Source: Adineta vaga
Lineage: Eukaryota > Animalia > Rotifera
Length of the DNA: 64,000 bases
Assembly: GCA_021613535.1 (NCBI GenBank)
Contig: CP075493.1
Span: 3,038,001 to 3,102,000, forward strand
Direction: 5' to 3'
Position numbers and translations under genes: made by a program. Under the pieces are notes generated by a model, which ran no database searches, was not told where the DNA came from, and worked only from the letters and a program-made list of their open reading frames with translations. This document shows, piece by piece, positions 17,111 through 31,847 of this stretch (positions within the stretch are counted from its first letter, which is position 1; each line of letters starts with the position of its first letter).

Positions 17111-18838
17111 TGTAAAAAGCAAAATGTATACAGTTCGTCTTCGTCTGTCGGTAGATATAGTTTATGTACAGTTCGTGATTCTATTTAATAATATCAAAAA
17201 TGTATTCACGCTTCGTTTAGGGATGTATAAGAGAGAAAATATAGATCTCTTCTTTTCTCTTTCGCGATGGTGGAACGAGAAAAGAGAGAAGAAGAGAAGA
17301 AGAAGAAAAAGAAGAAAGAAAAAAATGTATGAACTCGTTCTCTCTCTCTCTCTTCCCTTCTCTCTTTCGTTCTGAACTTGATTCTTTTATAGACTGAAGA
17401 AACTTACCGCGAGACTGAAAAACGAGCTGATGATGATGATGATCTGTATAGATCAGAGAAGAAAAGAAGTGAGCGGTAATTTGTTCATCATCATCGTCTT
17501 TGAATGAAGAAATGCTGGATTGCACATGTTTTTATGTACATATATATATCTATCTATACATACGCATTGCATTCAATCGATGGCAGAAAAAGTTTGACAA
17601 TGACCCGTAACTGTTACGAGAAATGAGAGAATAGCAATATGCTCGTAATAAAACATATTCATTTCGGAAGGAAAAATGAAACATGTTTAGATTATTAAAA
17701 TCCAAATGAGTCAATTATCTGTCTGTTAGTAATGATGTCATTACATCAAATATACAGTGATAATCATCGATGAATTGTACCATGTACGTTAAGTATCTCT
17801 TAAACGCTGTTCATAGTTAGTATACTGCTGAGTAAACCAGCATATATGTAGAAAAAAAGAAGAAGAAGTTAGTTTAGATCGATGGCATCATCTATAGACG
17901 ATGCCGCTCCTCCTTCGTCTTAATCATCGCATGAATGAACACACGACTATAATCTGGCAAAGTAATCGTACACTTGATCCTTTATATATAGTTTTGTTGC
18001 ATAAGTCTATCAGAAAATGAATGATGAAATTGTATATATTATATGAGCATATACATCAAATAAATGAAACGAATAGAGAACTTGAAGATCTCATCTGTGT
18101 GTATGTGTGTGTCTATGCTATTTAAGAGTGTTTTGTTGTTGAATGTGTGATCATCTTACATGAATGATTAACTTTTTGATAGTAAAGAGAACAAAAAAGG
18201 AATTTACTGACGGAACGAAATTAGATAGATCTAGTCACAAGAGAAAGAGAAGTGACTATATATATATAGATTGGCTTGAATTACACTTACCACCCATCAA
18301 GCAAGGAGAACAGTGCATCTTCATTTGACTGTTGATGAAGAGATGAACTCATGGAAAGAAAATTAAAGTGAAATTACGTCTGACTGTCTGTTCTTCACAC
18401 ATAGATGATATGACGAACGAATCAGCAACAAATTGATGTGTATATACACGTACGTCATTGAATAATCAACCTAACGGCTTAACTATCGACTTATATTGAG
18501 TGTGAAGAAGAAGACGAAGAATCATCGATAGATTCAATCGTATTGACACTTGATTTATATCAGAGATTTTCGAGAAAGATTAGAGAAAGTCTTTCGTCTT
18601 TTTTTTCTTCAAATTACCAATAAAATAATGATCAACTTTCAAATAGAATATTGTATAATATCAAACTTTCGTTTTATGTTCATAAATTGTCGGTATTTTT
18701 CTTTCGTTTCGATTCACACTATGCAGGAATGTCTGATTTTAGTAGAAATTTCTTTTCATCCGACGAAAAAAGAAACAGGTGTAATAGACTAAATGAAATA
18801 TCTTTTCTCATCAAGATTCCTACATTGATAAATTTATT

Positions 18839-21120
18839 TCAAACAGCTGCATAAAATTCAATTGGAATGACTAGTTTTTGTTGAAGAAATTTTCTTCGTG
18901 CATAAGAATCGACAGTTCTTTGTTGTAAATCAATATTTAGAATATTTTCAAGAAAGATTCGTAATGGTAAAATATGTTCATCGAGTTGCATCCAAAGTGT
19001 AAGAACATTTTCAATAATATGATGAATACGAACGGATGATGTTTTGGGTAGATAACCCGATTTAATATGTTCGAAATCAGTTTCTAATTAAATCAAAAAT
19101 GATTATTTGACAAATATTTTAATATATGAAGATTTACCATTGAATGGTGATTGATAATAATAGAGAACAGGATGAAGAAAATTCGATCGATCGGCTGTAT
19201 TAATTGAAGCAGAAACACGATCAAATGCAAAAACATCGCGACCTATTTATTCCAATGAAATGAATTCTTATTATTCAAATTTTACAAAAGAAAACAAATT
19301 CAACTGACCTGCACCGGAATAATTCATTCCATATTGCATATTCAATATCAGAATATTATTCGATGTATAACCAGTTATATCTTCAAGACGTGGAAGTAAT
19401 CGAAGAGGAAATTCTTCAAGATATCGACATTGACGATGAATTCTATCAATAGAATAATCTGATATTGAAAAACAAAATAGAAGACAATATATATACCGAT
19501 CAATAAGAATAATATCAACAAGTTGACCAAACATTTGATAGATTCCATCGGCTTCATTTATTCGTTTAATTATATAATTTGTTAATATATGCCATGGAAT
19601 AAGAATTGATGGCCATTTTTGCTGATGATAACGATATTCAAATATTCGATGTAGTGCTCGAGTTGTATAACGAAATCCATGAATAAATCCACCGGATGAT
19701 TTACGAAAATCTAATGAATGAGTTAGAGTACCAGCAAAATACAAATGATCATAATCAAATGATTGATAATCAGAACGAATTTTTGGATATTTCTTTGTTC
19801 GACCAAGATTCTTCGCCATTTGTACATCTCTTAATATAAATAGAAGGATTAATAAAACACGAATGTTTATCAAAACTTTCGAGACAATACTAACCGATGC
19901 CAAATTGAATTATCAAATTGAAAACCTAAACATCGAATTACTCGATCATAAACTGTTGCTTCTTGTCGTTCTTGAATCGATATATTCGTATCTGTTTGTT
20001 TACGTTTCAATTGAAAACGACCATCAATAGCTCGTTGATATAATTCATGATCTAATAAATCAATTTCAACTAATGCATCTAATGATTTCAATTGATAGGT
20101 ATCCAATAATTGATTATTAATTGCTCTAAAAATAAAATTTCCAAACAATAAATTGACGTAATCTAATCATCAAACCTAAGATCGCCAACATAATGTGTTG
20201 CATATGCATTTCGTACACGAGATCGAGAGATCATATGAATAAAATTTGTCACATCATAGATATGTTGAGCAACTTCAAATGCTGAATTTCCTCTACCTAA
20301 AATTTATCATTCAAACAAAATTCTTCCTATCTTTCTTCCAGTTTAGATTAACCTAAGATTAAAATCGATTTATTTTCAAATTCTTCAACATTGAGTGATA
20401 GATTTTCATATCCAGTTGCTAATTCAATTCCATATATTGGTGGAATATTTGGAATAAATAAACCTGTAGCGACGATAACCATTCTAAATGAATTCATTTT
20501 ATTATGAAACATTTTCTTCTCGTCATACTATACTAACCCACAAGTATAACGATTTTGATGTTGATCATTCATATGAAAACGTATTATGGATGAATAGGAA
20601 CATTCTTTCGAATGACAAGTTGTTGTTTGTTGAGATATAGGTTGAAGATTTTCAATTGTCGTATTAAATTGTATATGAAGTTTATAATGATGAGAAAAAT
20701 CATTGAGATAATCAATCATAAGATCAGCAGATGGAAATAATTGTTTCGAACGATGAGTAAATCGAAGTTGTTCATCATCGGATAATAAAGAATTCCAATC
20801 ATGTCTTAAATTAAATTTTCGATTTCGTTCTCCGGTATAACGTTTATTGATACTAATCAGTCGACGATGTCGAGGATAATCAATGAAAAATGAACCTAAG
20901 ATACAAGATTTATTGAATAATTAATTTGATTGATTTTACCTGCTTGAGATGTTTTTTCATAGATGATATAATCTCGTTGAGTTTGTTGAAGAAAATAAGC
21001 TAATTGTAAACCACTCGGACCAGCTCCAATGATACAATATTCATGGAATTTCGTTTGATCGAAACAAAGACTATGATCAATTAAAAATAAGACAAAAAGA
21101 AGAAGACAAAGAATTTTCAT
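18839..21120 (-). CDS. FOXRED2: FAD-dependent oxidoreductase domain-containing protein 2 (ERFAD)
   Basis: Signal peptide; [17 protein letters not shown]; [22 protein letters not shown]; [11 protein letters not shown]; GRGNSAFE; [12 protein letters not shown]; [18 protein letters not shown]. Confidence 0.92.
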
Positions 21121-21341
21121 TTCGAAATGGTTTTTTATTCTAAAAATTTTGTTTTATTACTAAAAGATTAACTGATGCTGACAATGAGAATTAAAAGCAG
21201 ATGGTCGATATGATTACTTTCCAGTTAAATAAATGTCAATAGTAAATAACTCTAAATTTTCGATTATTTATTTAAAATTTACGAACTATTATTCACACAT
21301 TCAATTAAAAGCATTACACAAATGAATTCTGATACGATAGT

Positions 21342-21890
21342 TTAACGTTGAAGTACTGCTTTGACAAAATCTTCATAAGTAACCATTCCTTTTTTATCTT
21401 CAAAGTCTCCAATAAGTTGTTCTACTTCATCATCAGTCATTCGTTCACCTATAATCAAAAGGAAATTATGCATTCATATCGATTTGCCTTCTGTTCATAC
21501 CTAATGTTGTCAATAAATGACGTAATTCAGTTGCTGGAATTAAACCATTTCCATCCTTATCAAAAACTCGTAGAGCATCGATAAATTCTTCGGGATAAAC
21601 AACATTATCTTTTTGACGACTTAAGCGTTCAAAGATGACTTGAAATTGTTCAATTGATAAACGTTCGACACGTTGAAGATCTGAGAGAAAAGAACGAATC
21701 TCTTTTTCAGTTGGATTCAATCCTAATGCACGAACTGCTTCGCCTAAATAATGTTTTGGTATGTGATTATCTCCTCGATCATCATACAAACTAAAGACTA
21801 GAATAAATTTCATTGATTAAAATTCATAATTCTTTCATTTTGATTACCTTCACGAATTTCAGCTATGATTTCATGAGTAAGTCCTGGCAT
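21342..21890 (-). CDS. Myosin essential/alkali light chain (MYL6/Mlc-c-like), 3 exons
   Basis: EVFSLYD...[17 protein letters not shown]...[42 protein letters not shown]...[11 protein letters not shown]. Confidence 0.92.
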
Positions 21891-22676
21891 GTTGTAAAAA
21901 GAAAAAGAAACGAGAAAAAAGTCAGTGGTCTTATTTACTAGATGATAAGAGAGTAAATATGAGTAGAGATAGATAATGAATGACCTATTCTCATCTCATT
22001 CATCACTAACATGAGAGAGAGAGAGATAGACAGAACAAATTTGCACAAAAATGTTGTACTACGAATAACAATTGATTATCAATGGATGTCACTATTGAAC
22101 AGTATTCTCGATTGATCAGAGAGAACTCTACATAAAACTCAATGGATTATCATAAACAAGTCCAGAATTTAGAAATTCACTCTAATCCTTGCAAATTAGT
22201 TTCCTCTGCTCATCTTATTCATAATTAACGAGAAATCTGAAAATAGTGAATTATAGATCAGATGATCGGTCTTTTCTCTCTAGTATATTATACTTTCGCA
22301 TTGCAATTCAGTATACGTATAACAATCAACGAACAACAATGCTAATTCAGAATTCGTTTTTATTAACTCAATTTATCAACAATATTTTCCCAATTGAATT
22401 AAAATTTGTATGTATAGGGTGTAAGTCAAAGAGTAAACAGGTCAAAAGTATTTTCTTCCGTTCTATCAAAAAGAATGTCGATCTTATTAAAGATACATGT
22501 TTTACAACGATACGATGATCTATCGGCTTTGTCGTTTCTACAGTATAAAAACATAAATAACAGTGTACTTATAACCTTCTGTTTGTATATAAAGAAAATC
22601 TAACGTGTATTTTCGGTCCTTTCGCTTTAACTTCTCATTAAAAGTGCGGTGCATACAACAATTGGTGTATTTTCTG

Positions 22677-24001
22677 ATGAAGACACTTGGTCATTCTTCA
22701 TCTACGATGTCTTTAGCAAATTTAAATCAAGATTCTAATACTTGCCGTATATGTGGAACTTATGCTCGATACATATACTTTGGTGTACTTTCTTGTCAAG
22801 CATGTAAAATATTTTTTCGACGTCATGCTAATACTAGAGAAGTAAGTCTTGGTTTTTCTTCTGATGAGAATGAACATAATATTTCGAATGATTTATTTAG
22901 ATAGCATTGAAATGTCTTTATAATAGTCAATGTGAAATAAATACAAATAATCGTCATATTTGTAAATCATGTCGACTTGTGAAATGTTTTCAATGTGGTA
23001 TGACAACTGACAAATTTTGTTCATTCCAACATACTAAAAGAAAGATCAAAACTTCTAAAAAAGAACAAATATCACATCACATTGAAATAGTAAGATTATT
23101 ACAGAAATGCTCGTTATAGAATATCAAAATCAACTACTCAAAGAAAATCATATTCGAGAGTTGACTTGTAATTTCATTAATGACGTACAGACAAGATTTT
23201 CGTAACATATACCATCAATATTGTTTGCTTTAGTTTCCAACATTGAATCTTTTACAATCAGATATATCATTGTTTACATCAGATCAATGGACACTTCTTT
23301 CGAATTTAAACAATATTTATCAAGAATCTCAATTATTATCGATCTGTCAACATTTAGTCGATACTCACAAGTTTTGTCGATCAAACGATATTTCTTTTCC
23401 AAGACTTGTTGAAAACTTTTTAATATCTCTTTATGAAACAACAGGAATATATCTTTATAAGAATGGTGATTTCCATGATTTATCATTTGATGATCGTTCT
23501 CTTCTACTTCATAGTGCTGCTGACAAAGTTACTTGTTTAAGTTCTACATTTATAATGAATCAATATGATTTACTCTTACTCGATATGTTTCAACATATTA
23601 TGAAAATGAAATATGGTAACTGTACTATTGATATGCAATTATCGGCAAGTAAATTTATTGATACAGATATTGTCTTAATCAAATTAGGTATATCATTATT
23701 TGCTATTTCTGAAACGACTTATATACTTAATTGTGACAACACAAAAATCTTTATAAATCATATGAAAATTATTCATATTCAAAATAGATATGCTGAAATA
23801 ACATGGAAATATTTACTTTATACATATGATTATGAACAAGCTGTAAAACGATTTCTAAAGTTAATATGTTGGCTTTTAGCTACAACGAATCTTCATATTC
23901 ATGCACAAAATCTTACATTACATGTTCAGGATGTAAATCAATTAGTCGAAAAAACTGAATTGGCATTGATATTAAATGATATAGAACAAATAATTGAGTA
24001 A
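22677..24001 (+). CDS. Nuclear hormone receptor (C4 zinc-finger DBD plus divergent LBD), 3 exons
   Basis: CRICG...YFGVLSCQACKIFFRR; CLYNSQCEINTNNRHICKSCRLVKCFQCGM; LBD starting PTLNLLQSD...DQWTLLSNL and FHDLSFDDRSLLL. Start codon choice uncertain (22677 or 22707). Confidence 0.9.
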
Positions 24002-24425
24002 ATTTTGTCTGAAATACCAACATCATTTCAAACCTTTTTTTTTTTTATAAAACACGAATTGATGCGATTATAGTTTATAGACGTTTTAATGAAAGTTCTG
24101 ATACAGTATTTCATTGTCTATTACTTGACATTTTGTTAAATTGTCATTAATTCAATTGAAGAAAACTATCAAAAGATCAATACGCAATTTGTAGTTCATA
24201 TTAATCTAAGAAATTCATATTTGTCTCATTATTCTGTCTATCTAAATATAGTTGGTATTCATTAATATGAAAGTCATGAATTGATTGCATTAGAGATTCA
24301 CATAGAAATCTTAAAAATATATTATGATTGCTTTTAAACACGGTGATATTTACCGCCTAACCTTTATTTTCAAATGACAGAATTATCATAACAATTGATT
24401 GAAAGATAACAATAAGAATACAAAA

Positions 24426-26639
24426 TCATAATTTTGATATAGTTTCTCCAGGAGATTTTTCCAATGAATTATTCATTGAAGTATCTATTGGATCGTTGAA
24501 TTCAATTTTATCTTGATCTTCATCGATTGAATCTAAGATTGGATTCGATGTCAAATGAACTAATGTATGTAATGATTTATTCCTTTCTGATTTCGATTTA
24601 TTATTTGCTAAAGTTTGTCGATAAAAAATTTGATTATCACTTTTATGATTTGTTGTCATTGAATGAACAAATTTCTTCTTCCAATTTCTATTCGAATTCT
24701 TTTTCACACCAGATGAATTTCGATAGAAATCATACAATTGAACATAATATTTATTTGTTGTATTTGCTGCTAATTGTTGTTGTTGTTGTTGATGATTTGT
24801 CGATGGATTTGCAAGAACGACAGATGTTCGATCGACAGATATGAAACGAGAACGTGGACATGCTTTAATATCATGATTTGAACATTGTCGAAACATGATC
24901 TGTTTACATGTTCGAGCAAATTTTTCCGATAGAAAACAATAAAGAATTAAATCAATGGATGCATTAATACACAAAAATAGATTAGCAAAATTATTAAAGA
25001 TTAACAAAATAATTCGATGTTTAGGAGACATTTCTGAATAACTTTCAATTAATGTTTCATATGTTAATGATAAACTTTGTGGTGTCCATAATAATAAAGC
25101 AACGAATAAACAAACGATCAAGATAATAGTTACACGACGTTTTTGTACTATTGAACGACTATGACGACGTAATTGAAAAGAATTTCCCGGATTAAATGAT
25201 ACAGATGATATAGTCGATGATTTACGACGATTTGTAGTTGAACATTCAAGTTTATTGATTGATGTCGAAGAATTTTGATTCGATTCGTAACTATGTGTTG
25301 ATTGAAGGTCATCATCAAAATGACGAGATCGATGAACATACCTAATAGGATGAATAAAATCATACAGTTGAAATTCAGTCATGAAAATCATCTTTAAATA
25401 CAAAATCTAAAGGTTATTTTTACCGATATTTTTTCATGACTTTTATCATTCATATGTAGTCAATTATACGATTTATCAAAGTCTATGATAACAACATCTG
25501 CATGTTGAGATTAATCTAACTAAAATACTTAGAATAAATATTTCCGGTTTCTTAATTGAAAAGAATTGTCCGTGAATTGAATCTTATTGAATAAATATAA
25601 TAGAACCTAGATATATCAATTCATCTCAACACTATATTGAAAAGAATGCTCTAATTTTATTAGACTAGATCGATAATAGATAGAAAGATCTCGATTTGTA
25701 TGTTCATTCTCTACGATTGGTTATTTATTCCAAGTAACAAAAAACTTCAAGCAATATGTATTTCTCATATAATTATATAAATCATTCCATGTCAACTATT
25801 AAAAAAAAAAGAAATGTCATCTACTTCTATTCACAATGATAAATTACCTATGATGTGGAAAATTAGTATTTTTAAATATTTTACAAAAGATGAAATGACG
25901 TCGTCATTTATACATGACTACATTTCATGTCATTATTATTTAGGAGAAAAAAAAAATAAGACTATTCTACATACCATATAAGTATTGAATTACATATACA
26001 TAATAAAACTAATGGTATCCAAATGATCATTATACAAATAAATACTAAATATAAACGATGAAGATGAACTAAAAATTGTTTTTCATTGGATTCTGTTGTG
26101 TTCGAATTAATGTCATATTTTGATTCTTGATGAATTAAATTATATTCAAAGAATGTTGGTAATGTGATAAGAAAAGATAACATTAAAAGTATACAGATAA
26201 GATGACGTGAACGACGTACTGAACATATACGTTTCGCATAGATCGGTTTGGCAACAGCTAATGTTCGTTCAAGTGTAAAACAAACGATTAACCATGTTGC
26301 TGTATTCGATGAAAAATCCGCAAGTGGACGTAAAATATATGATATTGTTTGAGTAAATGAATATTGAGTAAATTTTGTATGTGAAGAAAAATTTAATAGA
26401 AGTGTAAAAATTAAATAACAAGAATCAAAGAAAGCTAAGATAGTTAAATAATTATTTGTACTTGTTCGTATTAATCGTCGACGTGTTAAAACAAGAATTG
26501 AAAAACAATTACCCGTTAAACCAAATAGAACAAGTAATGGCCATATATAAAATTTAACAATCGTTCGTACATGTGATAAAAGTAAAGAATTCGTTTCGAC
26601 AATTGATAATTCATACGTATCAATTAATGACGATGACAT
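24426..26639 (-). CDS. Class A GPCR, neuropeptide (FMRFamide/sex-peptide receptor-like) family; intron ~25342-25974
   Basis: GLTGN in TM1; TNNYLTILAFFD in TM2; FTLERTLAVAKP (ERY-like); LLWTP in TM6; NASIDLILYCFLSEKF in TM7/H8. Confidence 0.9.
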
Positions 26640-29600
26640 GAGTTAAGAACTAAAATCAATCGAAAAGATATTTAGAAGAAAAAAAGTGAAGAAATCTTTA
26701 TCTATCGTACACCGTTATTTATTATTTATTTATTCAAAGAAATATTCGATTCATATGTAGATCACTATCTATTCAATCATCTGACAATTCTCGTTCTTTC
26801 TATTGCTTGCATACAAGAATCTCGAAAGAAGAAGAAAGATTCATTTTTTGTCGGGAAATAACGAAGAATCTGTCTCTCTTACTCTCCTTCCTCATTTTAT
26901 TATTTATCAATAAAATTCTAAGTGCTTTCTTCATCGAAATAATGTAAACAAGAACATAAGAGAGAAAATTATTTGCATATTCTATCTTATTAATAATCTT
27001 TAGAAGAAGATGTGCATTTTAATAGTTACGTATATCAATAAATCTACTAAGGTTGATTATTATGTGAAAAAAAACAACAAGAAGGAAACAATTGAATACA
27101 TACGATGACGAGAAGTAAAATGGAATAACTGATGAAATTAATGTGTAGCATATGATTAAATATTTAGTAATGATGAAACGATATTATTAAAGTTGACTAC
27201 ATAACTTTCCAAATGTAATTATAGATCACTTATTTCTTTTTTCTCTCTCCTACTATGACGTACAGGAAGAAAATAACAACGCAAAAAAGAATTTTCTTGA
27301 AAAATTTCCTAGAAATAATTATATCTATTCTACTTAAATAAACACAACGACTGTTTACATGGTCATGTTTTCTTCTTAACCTAACAGTCGATTACATTCT
27401 CAGTTCATCGAGTTTTATCTCTATATCATAACATGTCTTAAACTAATATAAATTGTTCCGGTTAATCATTTTTTACCAGGGCATATAGAATGAATGATAA
27501 AGAACTACATCTCAAGCATCTATATTAAACTGGTAATGGGGAAAAGAGTTTTTTCACCATTGTCCTCTTGCCTGGAGTGCTTTCTTATAACTATGAAATT
27601 ACGGATTTAATCATGTCGCAAAGAATAATCTCTGATTAAGAACTTAAGACATATAATATATATATGTATGTAAACATCGTTTCTCAGATAATTAATGAAG
27701 AGTAAAATTTTAAAGAGCAAATATAGTTTCTAGAATTTACTCTTGACTTGATTTAATACCATTGACGTATTCAAAATGCACTGAGAATGAAGAAAAAGAA
27801 CTATTTAGAATCTTTTATTCTAGTTTAGTATTCATTAATGACATTTAATACGTATGTAAACATATTTTCTCATGAGACATGCTAAACACACTTCTATCAT
27901 TTGAAAAAGAAGAAAGGTTCAATGTGCAGAGACTAATTGTAAGAATATATTGAGAGAAGTCTAGCAGATGTTCGTACCATCTGAAGTAAATGACATATCG
28001 AAAAAGAGAACTATTTTTCATGAACACATACACATTTTCTTCTTATGATCTTGAATTCACGCAATATCAATTACTGAATAAGGCGTAATTAGATAGATAT
28101 TATTTCATACGAGAAATTAAATCATTTCTAATAGAATTTCATTTAGAAAAACAAAAGGTGCGATCCATCTGATTGAAATAGTGACGAACGATATCAAGGT
28201 TTAGTCTCATTATGACATGAAAACATCTAAGAACATGAACGAGAATAAGAAAAATAGAACTTGACAGCACTAGAAAAAAAAGATAAAGAAATGAAAACAA
28301 TAAACATAGTCATGATATGGTTGTGATATTCACCAACTGACCTAAATAATAGTAGATTCTATATAATATGAAAAGAAATGCCTATAAATACAGTAAAAAT
28401 ACGTTTAGTTGATTACATACGCATTTATTTTTTACACTTAATGAATATGATTTTTGTATTCTAAAACAAAAAGAGCACGTCTATTTGAAAGCTCGAATTC
28501 CTTTTGAATTCCGTTTCTAAATATAGTCAAAAATAAATTAATGATTTTCACATACGATACGATAGTGAGGTCTGGAATTATTAACTTACACAAACGAGAA
28601 TTCTTATTTTAGATTTATTCAACAATTAGAAGAATTAGTTTTTGCTCTCGATAAAATTCAAATCTTTATAGATGATTATTTACATAAAATAGAAAGATTA
28701 ATATATTATTTATTTACTATAGCAGAATAGTTGTGTGCAATGTACTAAATGACAGGTGAAACAAAGAAAGAAATCTATTATTTGTCAGACACTGAAAGGA
28801 TCAAACATTTCCCAGTGCATACGAACAGGAATGAAGCAGGTATTGTGTGTAAATACTGAAATTGAATAAGAAAATGTATCTAATTTCAACTGAAAAACAT
28901 TCAATACGATAATCATTTATTGAAAAGGAGTGAACAATCTATATCGTGTTTTTTCTTTTGGAATTAGTAATAATATAAAGAACTTACGTAATAAATCCAT
29001 TGTTCAAATATCAAGAGAACTTTTATTGATATTTCTTTTTCTCTAAATAAAAAGAGATTAAGCAGATGTTTTCTAGTTAAAGAATTTCTATTCAGTAATC
29101 ATTGCCTAGGGCATAAAATGCAGTTCTTAGCTAAACGATCGAGTCTACTTTTATCGTTTCTATTTTTGTATGTATCTCGTGTCAGAAAGTTTTCAAAAAC
29201 TTATGCTTATGATTTTCCGATGGCAAAGTTCTCAAATAACTTGGATTTTCCAGCAAAACTTAAGTAAAAGGAATAAGAGATCCTTCGAAAGTGTATATTA
29301 CACTCGCATGTGAACTAAATTTCAAATTAAATGAGTTGTTTCCTTCTTCCGACTTATTATAATCTTATCCCTCGATTGGATCGCAATTCATCCGCATACT
29401 CGGATATCAGTATGGCATTTCTCTTAAAAAATATTTATTTAATCATGATTTAGTGTGAATACACTGTGTATGCGCCATCTTGATGTATGAATACATCTAT
29501 TTCCTTCGACAAAATATAAATTCTATGATCTTTTGTTTCAACATAGAATTCATTAACGCTATGTTATAAAATTTGCAACAATTTATTTAAATTAACTTGA

Positions 29601-30758
29601 ATCAGACTCAAATTAACTTCATATGAAATCTATATCATCTTTTGAAAATGTAAATATTGCAGAACTATTGTTTTTATATTCATACTATTGAAAATTTCGT
29701 CGAGTGAACAACAGCAAATTCCTTCCATACCATAAACTACTGTTTTTGTTGACTTTCTTCTTGTTTTACTTCGACAAAGATGTTAGATTTTTTTAATATA
29801 ATTACTTCGATGTTCTACTATAGAATCATATATAATGTGTTTGCTGAGTTACTAAAAAACTACCTTCACACTAGATCGGTTTACACAATCTTTCTCTCGT
29901 TTATTAGTGAATAGATTGTGTATCTATATGATATAAAAGAAACATTCTAAATCCTAGAAATTCCATGAATATAAAACAGCTATGAAAAGAATTAAGACAA
30001 TCAAAATATAGATTGTTTATTAAGCCATTCAGTTTCACATAGTAAAATAAATATTCGATAAATCGAATACTTTTATTGTACCCATTGTTTGATCAAATCA
30101 ATTAGTATTACTATGTAATAAATATCCACAGCATTCGAAAGATAAACTATTAGAATGAAAGGACTTGGTTCATAATCTTCACGTCGATTATTTTGTGATG
30201 TTAAAGAATAATAATTTTTTACAACCTATTCCTGAACAATGAATTTCTAAGTGTCGAAGTGGTTCTGAATAGTTATATAATGGATTAAATAAATCAGAAT
30301 ATGCATGTGATCTGTTATAATATAAATAAAGACGAGTGAAATTGCGAAAACTTTTCCAGCAATTACGAATATTTATTACCTGGTATTATGTTTAGATCTA
30401 TTTTAGATTTCAGGAAATATGATAACATAAGAAGATTAAATTTTATATTGAAATTTAGATGTAGAGCATATTATCTTTCTAATCTTGTCATCCATTAGAG
30501 AATGGTATAGTTTGTAAAAGATTTATTTTGACCGATCATTACATGAAATACCTCGATGTAATTTCATCAATCTATCAACTATCGTCATGTGAATGACGTT
30601 TTGGTCTATGTAAACAGAAGAAAAGAAATATTTCGTCAGTTTAGTAATGTTCTTGAGTAATAACTTACTTTTATATGTTTCTGTGTGTCCGATTGTTAAA
30701 TTTTATATTTATGGACGAAAATAATAAATTCATTCATTCGTTCTTAATTTACAGACAA

Positions 30759-31667
30759 ATGACTAATAATTCTGGATGGACTGATTATTTTACACCGATT
30801 CATTTCCAGTTTAGTAAGGATGTTCGAATTCGTGATAAATCACGTGATGGTCTCGATGAAGATGAAATATTAGCACGAGCTCAATGGGCCTGGAATATTG
30901 GACAAAATCAAAAACGATATAAAAGTGAATATGGTTTGACATATGAAGTTTCTGTATCCTCATTAATCAATCGTCATTTCATCGTACATGAACCTGATCA
31001 AATACGACAGACATCTGATAAAGTACCATTGTTAATCATATTTCATGGATTGAATTCATCAGCATGGTTTATGGCACTTGTTCGAACGAAATGGATTGAA
31101 AAAGCGAGTAGAAATAAGTTTTTCATTGTTTTCGGTCAAAGTCAAGGTAAGCAATATCGAAAAGGACCTAAATATAATCGACATGGTATACTCCAATTCG
31201 GTGATGATCTTTCTTGGGAAATACAAGAACCGAAAGATGATTTTATCTATTTTGATTTTATTCTTCACTATATGAAAGAACATTATGAAGATCAATTGAA
31301 TCTATCACGTATCTACTATGTCGGTTATTCTAATGGTGGTCTATTCAGTTCGAATATTGCTATTCATTATGGTGGACATGTTCTAACTGCAATTTGTAAT
31401 CATTGTGGAGGTTACGGAGGTTTAGGATATAAGGATGAAGAATTACTCAACCCAAATATGATTAAAAAACCATTGCCTATCTATATCTTAACTGGTACGA
31501 TGGATAATTATTTACCAAGTTGTGAAAAAGCTAGAAAATATTTTGAAAATGTTGGATGTGATGTAAAAATGGAAATTATGAATGGTAGAGGGCATAATTA
31601 TTATGTTGATAAAGAAACAGATATCTGGCATTTTTTCAGTTCATATCAAAATATTGATAGATTGTAA
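30759..31667 (+). CDS. Alpha/beta-hydrolase, PHB depolymerase/LpqC-like esterase; intronless
   Basis: VPLLIIFHG; RIYYVGYSNGG nucleophile elbow; GTMD acid; GRGH His. Likely start MTNN follows a ttacag acceptor. Confidence 0.8.
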   Translation: MTNNSGWTDYFTPIHFQFSKDVRIRDKSRDGLDEDEILARAQWAWNIGQNQKRYKSEYGLTYEVSVSSLINRHFIVHEPDQIRQTSDKVPLLIIFHGLNSSAWFMALVRTKWIEKASRNKFFIVFGQSQGKQYRKGPKYNRHGILQFGDDLSWEIQEPKDDFIYFDFILHYMKEHYEDQLNLSRIYYVGYSNGGLFSSNIAIHYGGHVLTAICNHCGGYGGLGYKDEELLNPNMIKKPLPIYILTGTMDNYLPSCEKARKYFENVGCDVKMEIMNGRGHNYYVDKETDIWHFFSSYQNIDRL

Positions 31668-31847
31668 TGATCTTCCATTTGAATATTTTAATTCAATTGA
31701 ATAAATGAACCTTGATATAATAAACTTCTTACTTTTTTCATTCGTTTACTTGATATATCTTGAATAAGAACAAACTACATTTTGTTTATGATATTCTTAT
31801 CAGTGATTCATTAGTTATCTAAGCATTACAATAGAATAGAAGTAACT

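Noticed and set aside
17884-17905. Imperfect 22-bp palindrome GGCATCATCTATAGACGATGCC
   Set aside because: Single occurrence with no associated element; could be chance or a TF site and cannot be supported further.
26700-30650. About 4 kb gene-free stretch as a possible transposon or ncRNA locus
   Set aside because: I saw no terminal repeats, transposase/RT motifs or recognisable RNA gene; it is most simply the divergent upstream region of the GPCR and the esterase. A Rfam or repeat-library search could overturn this.
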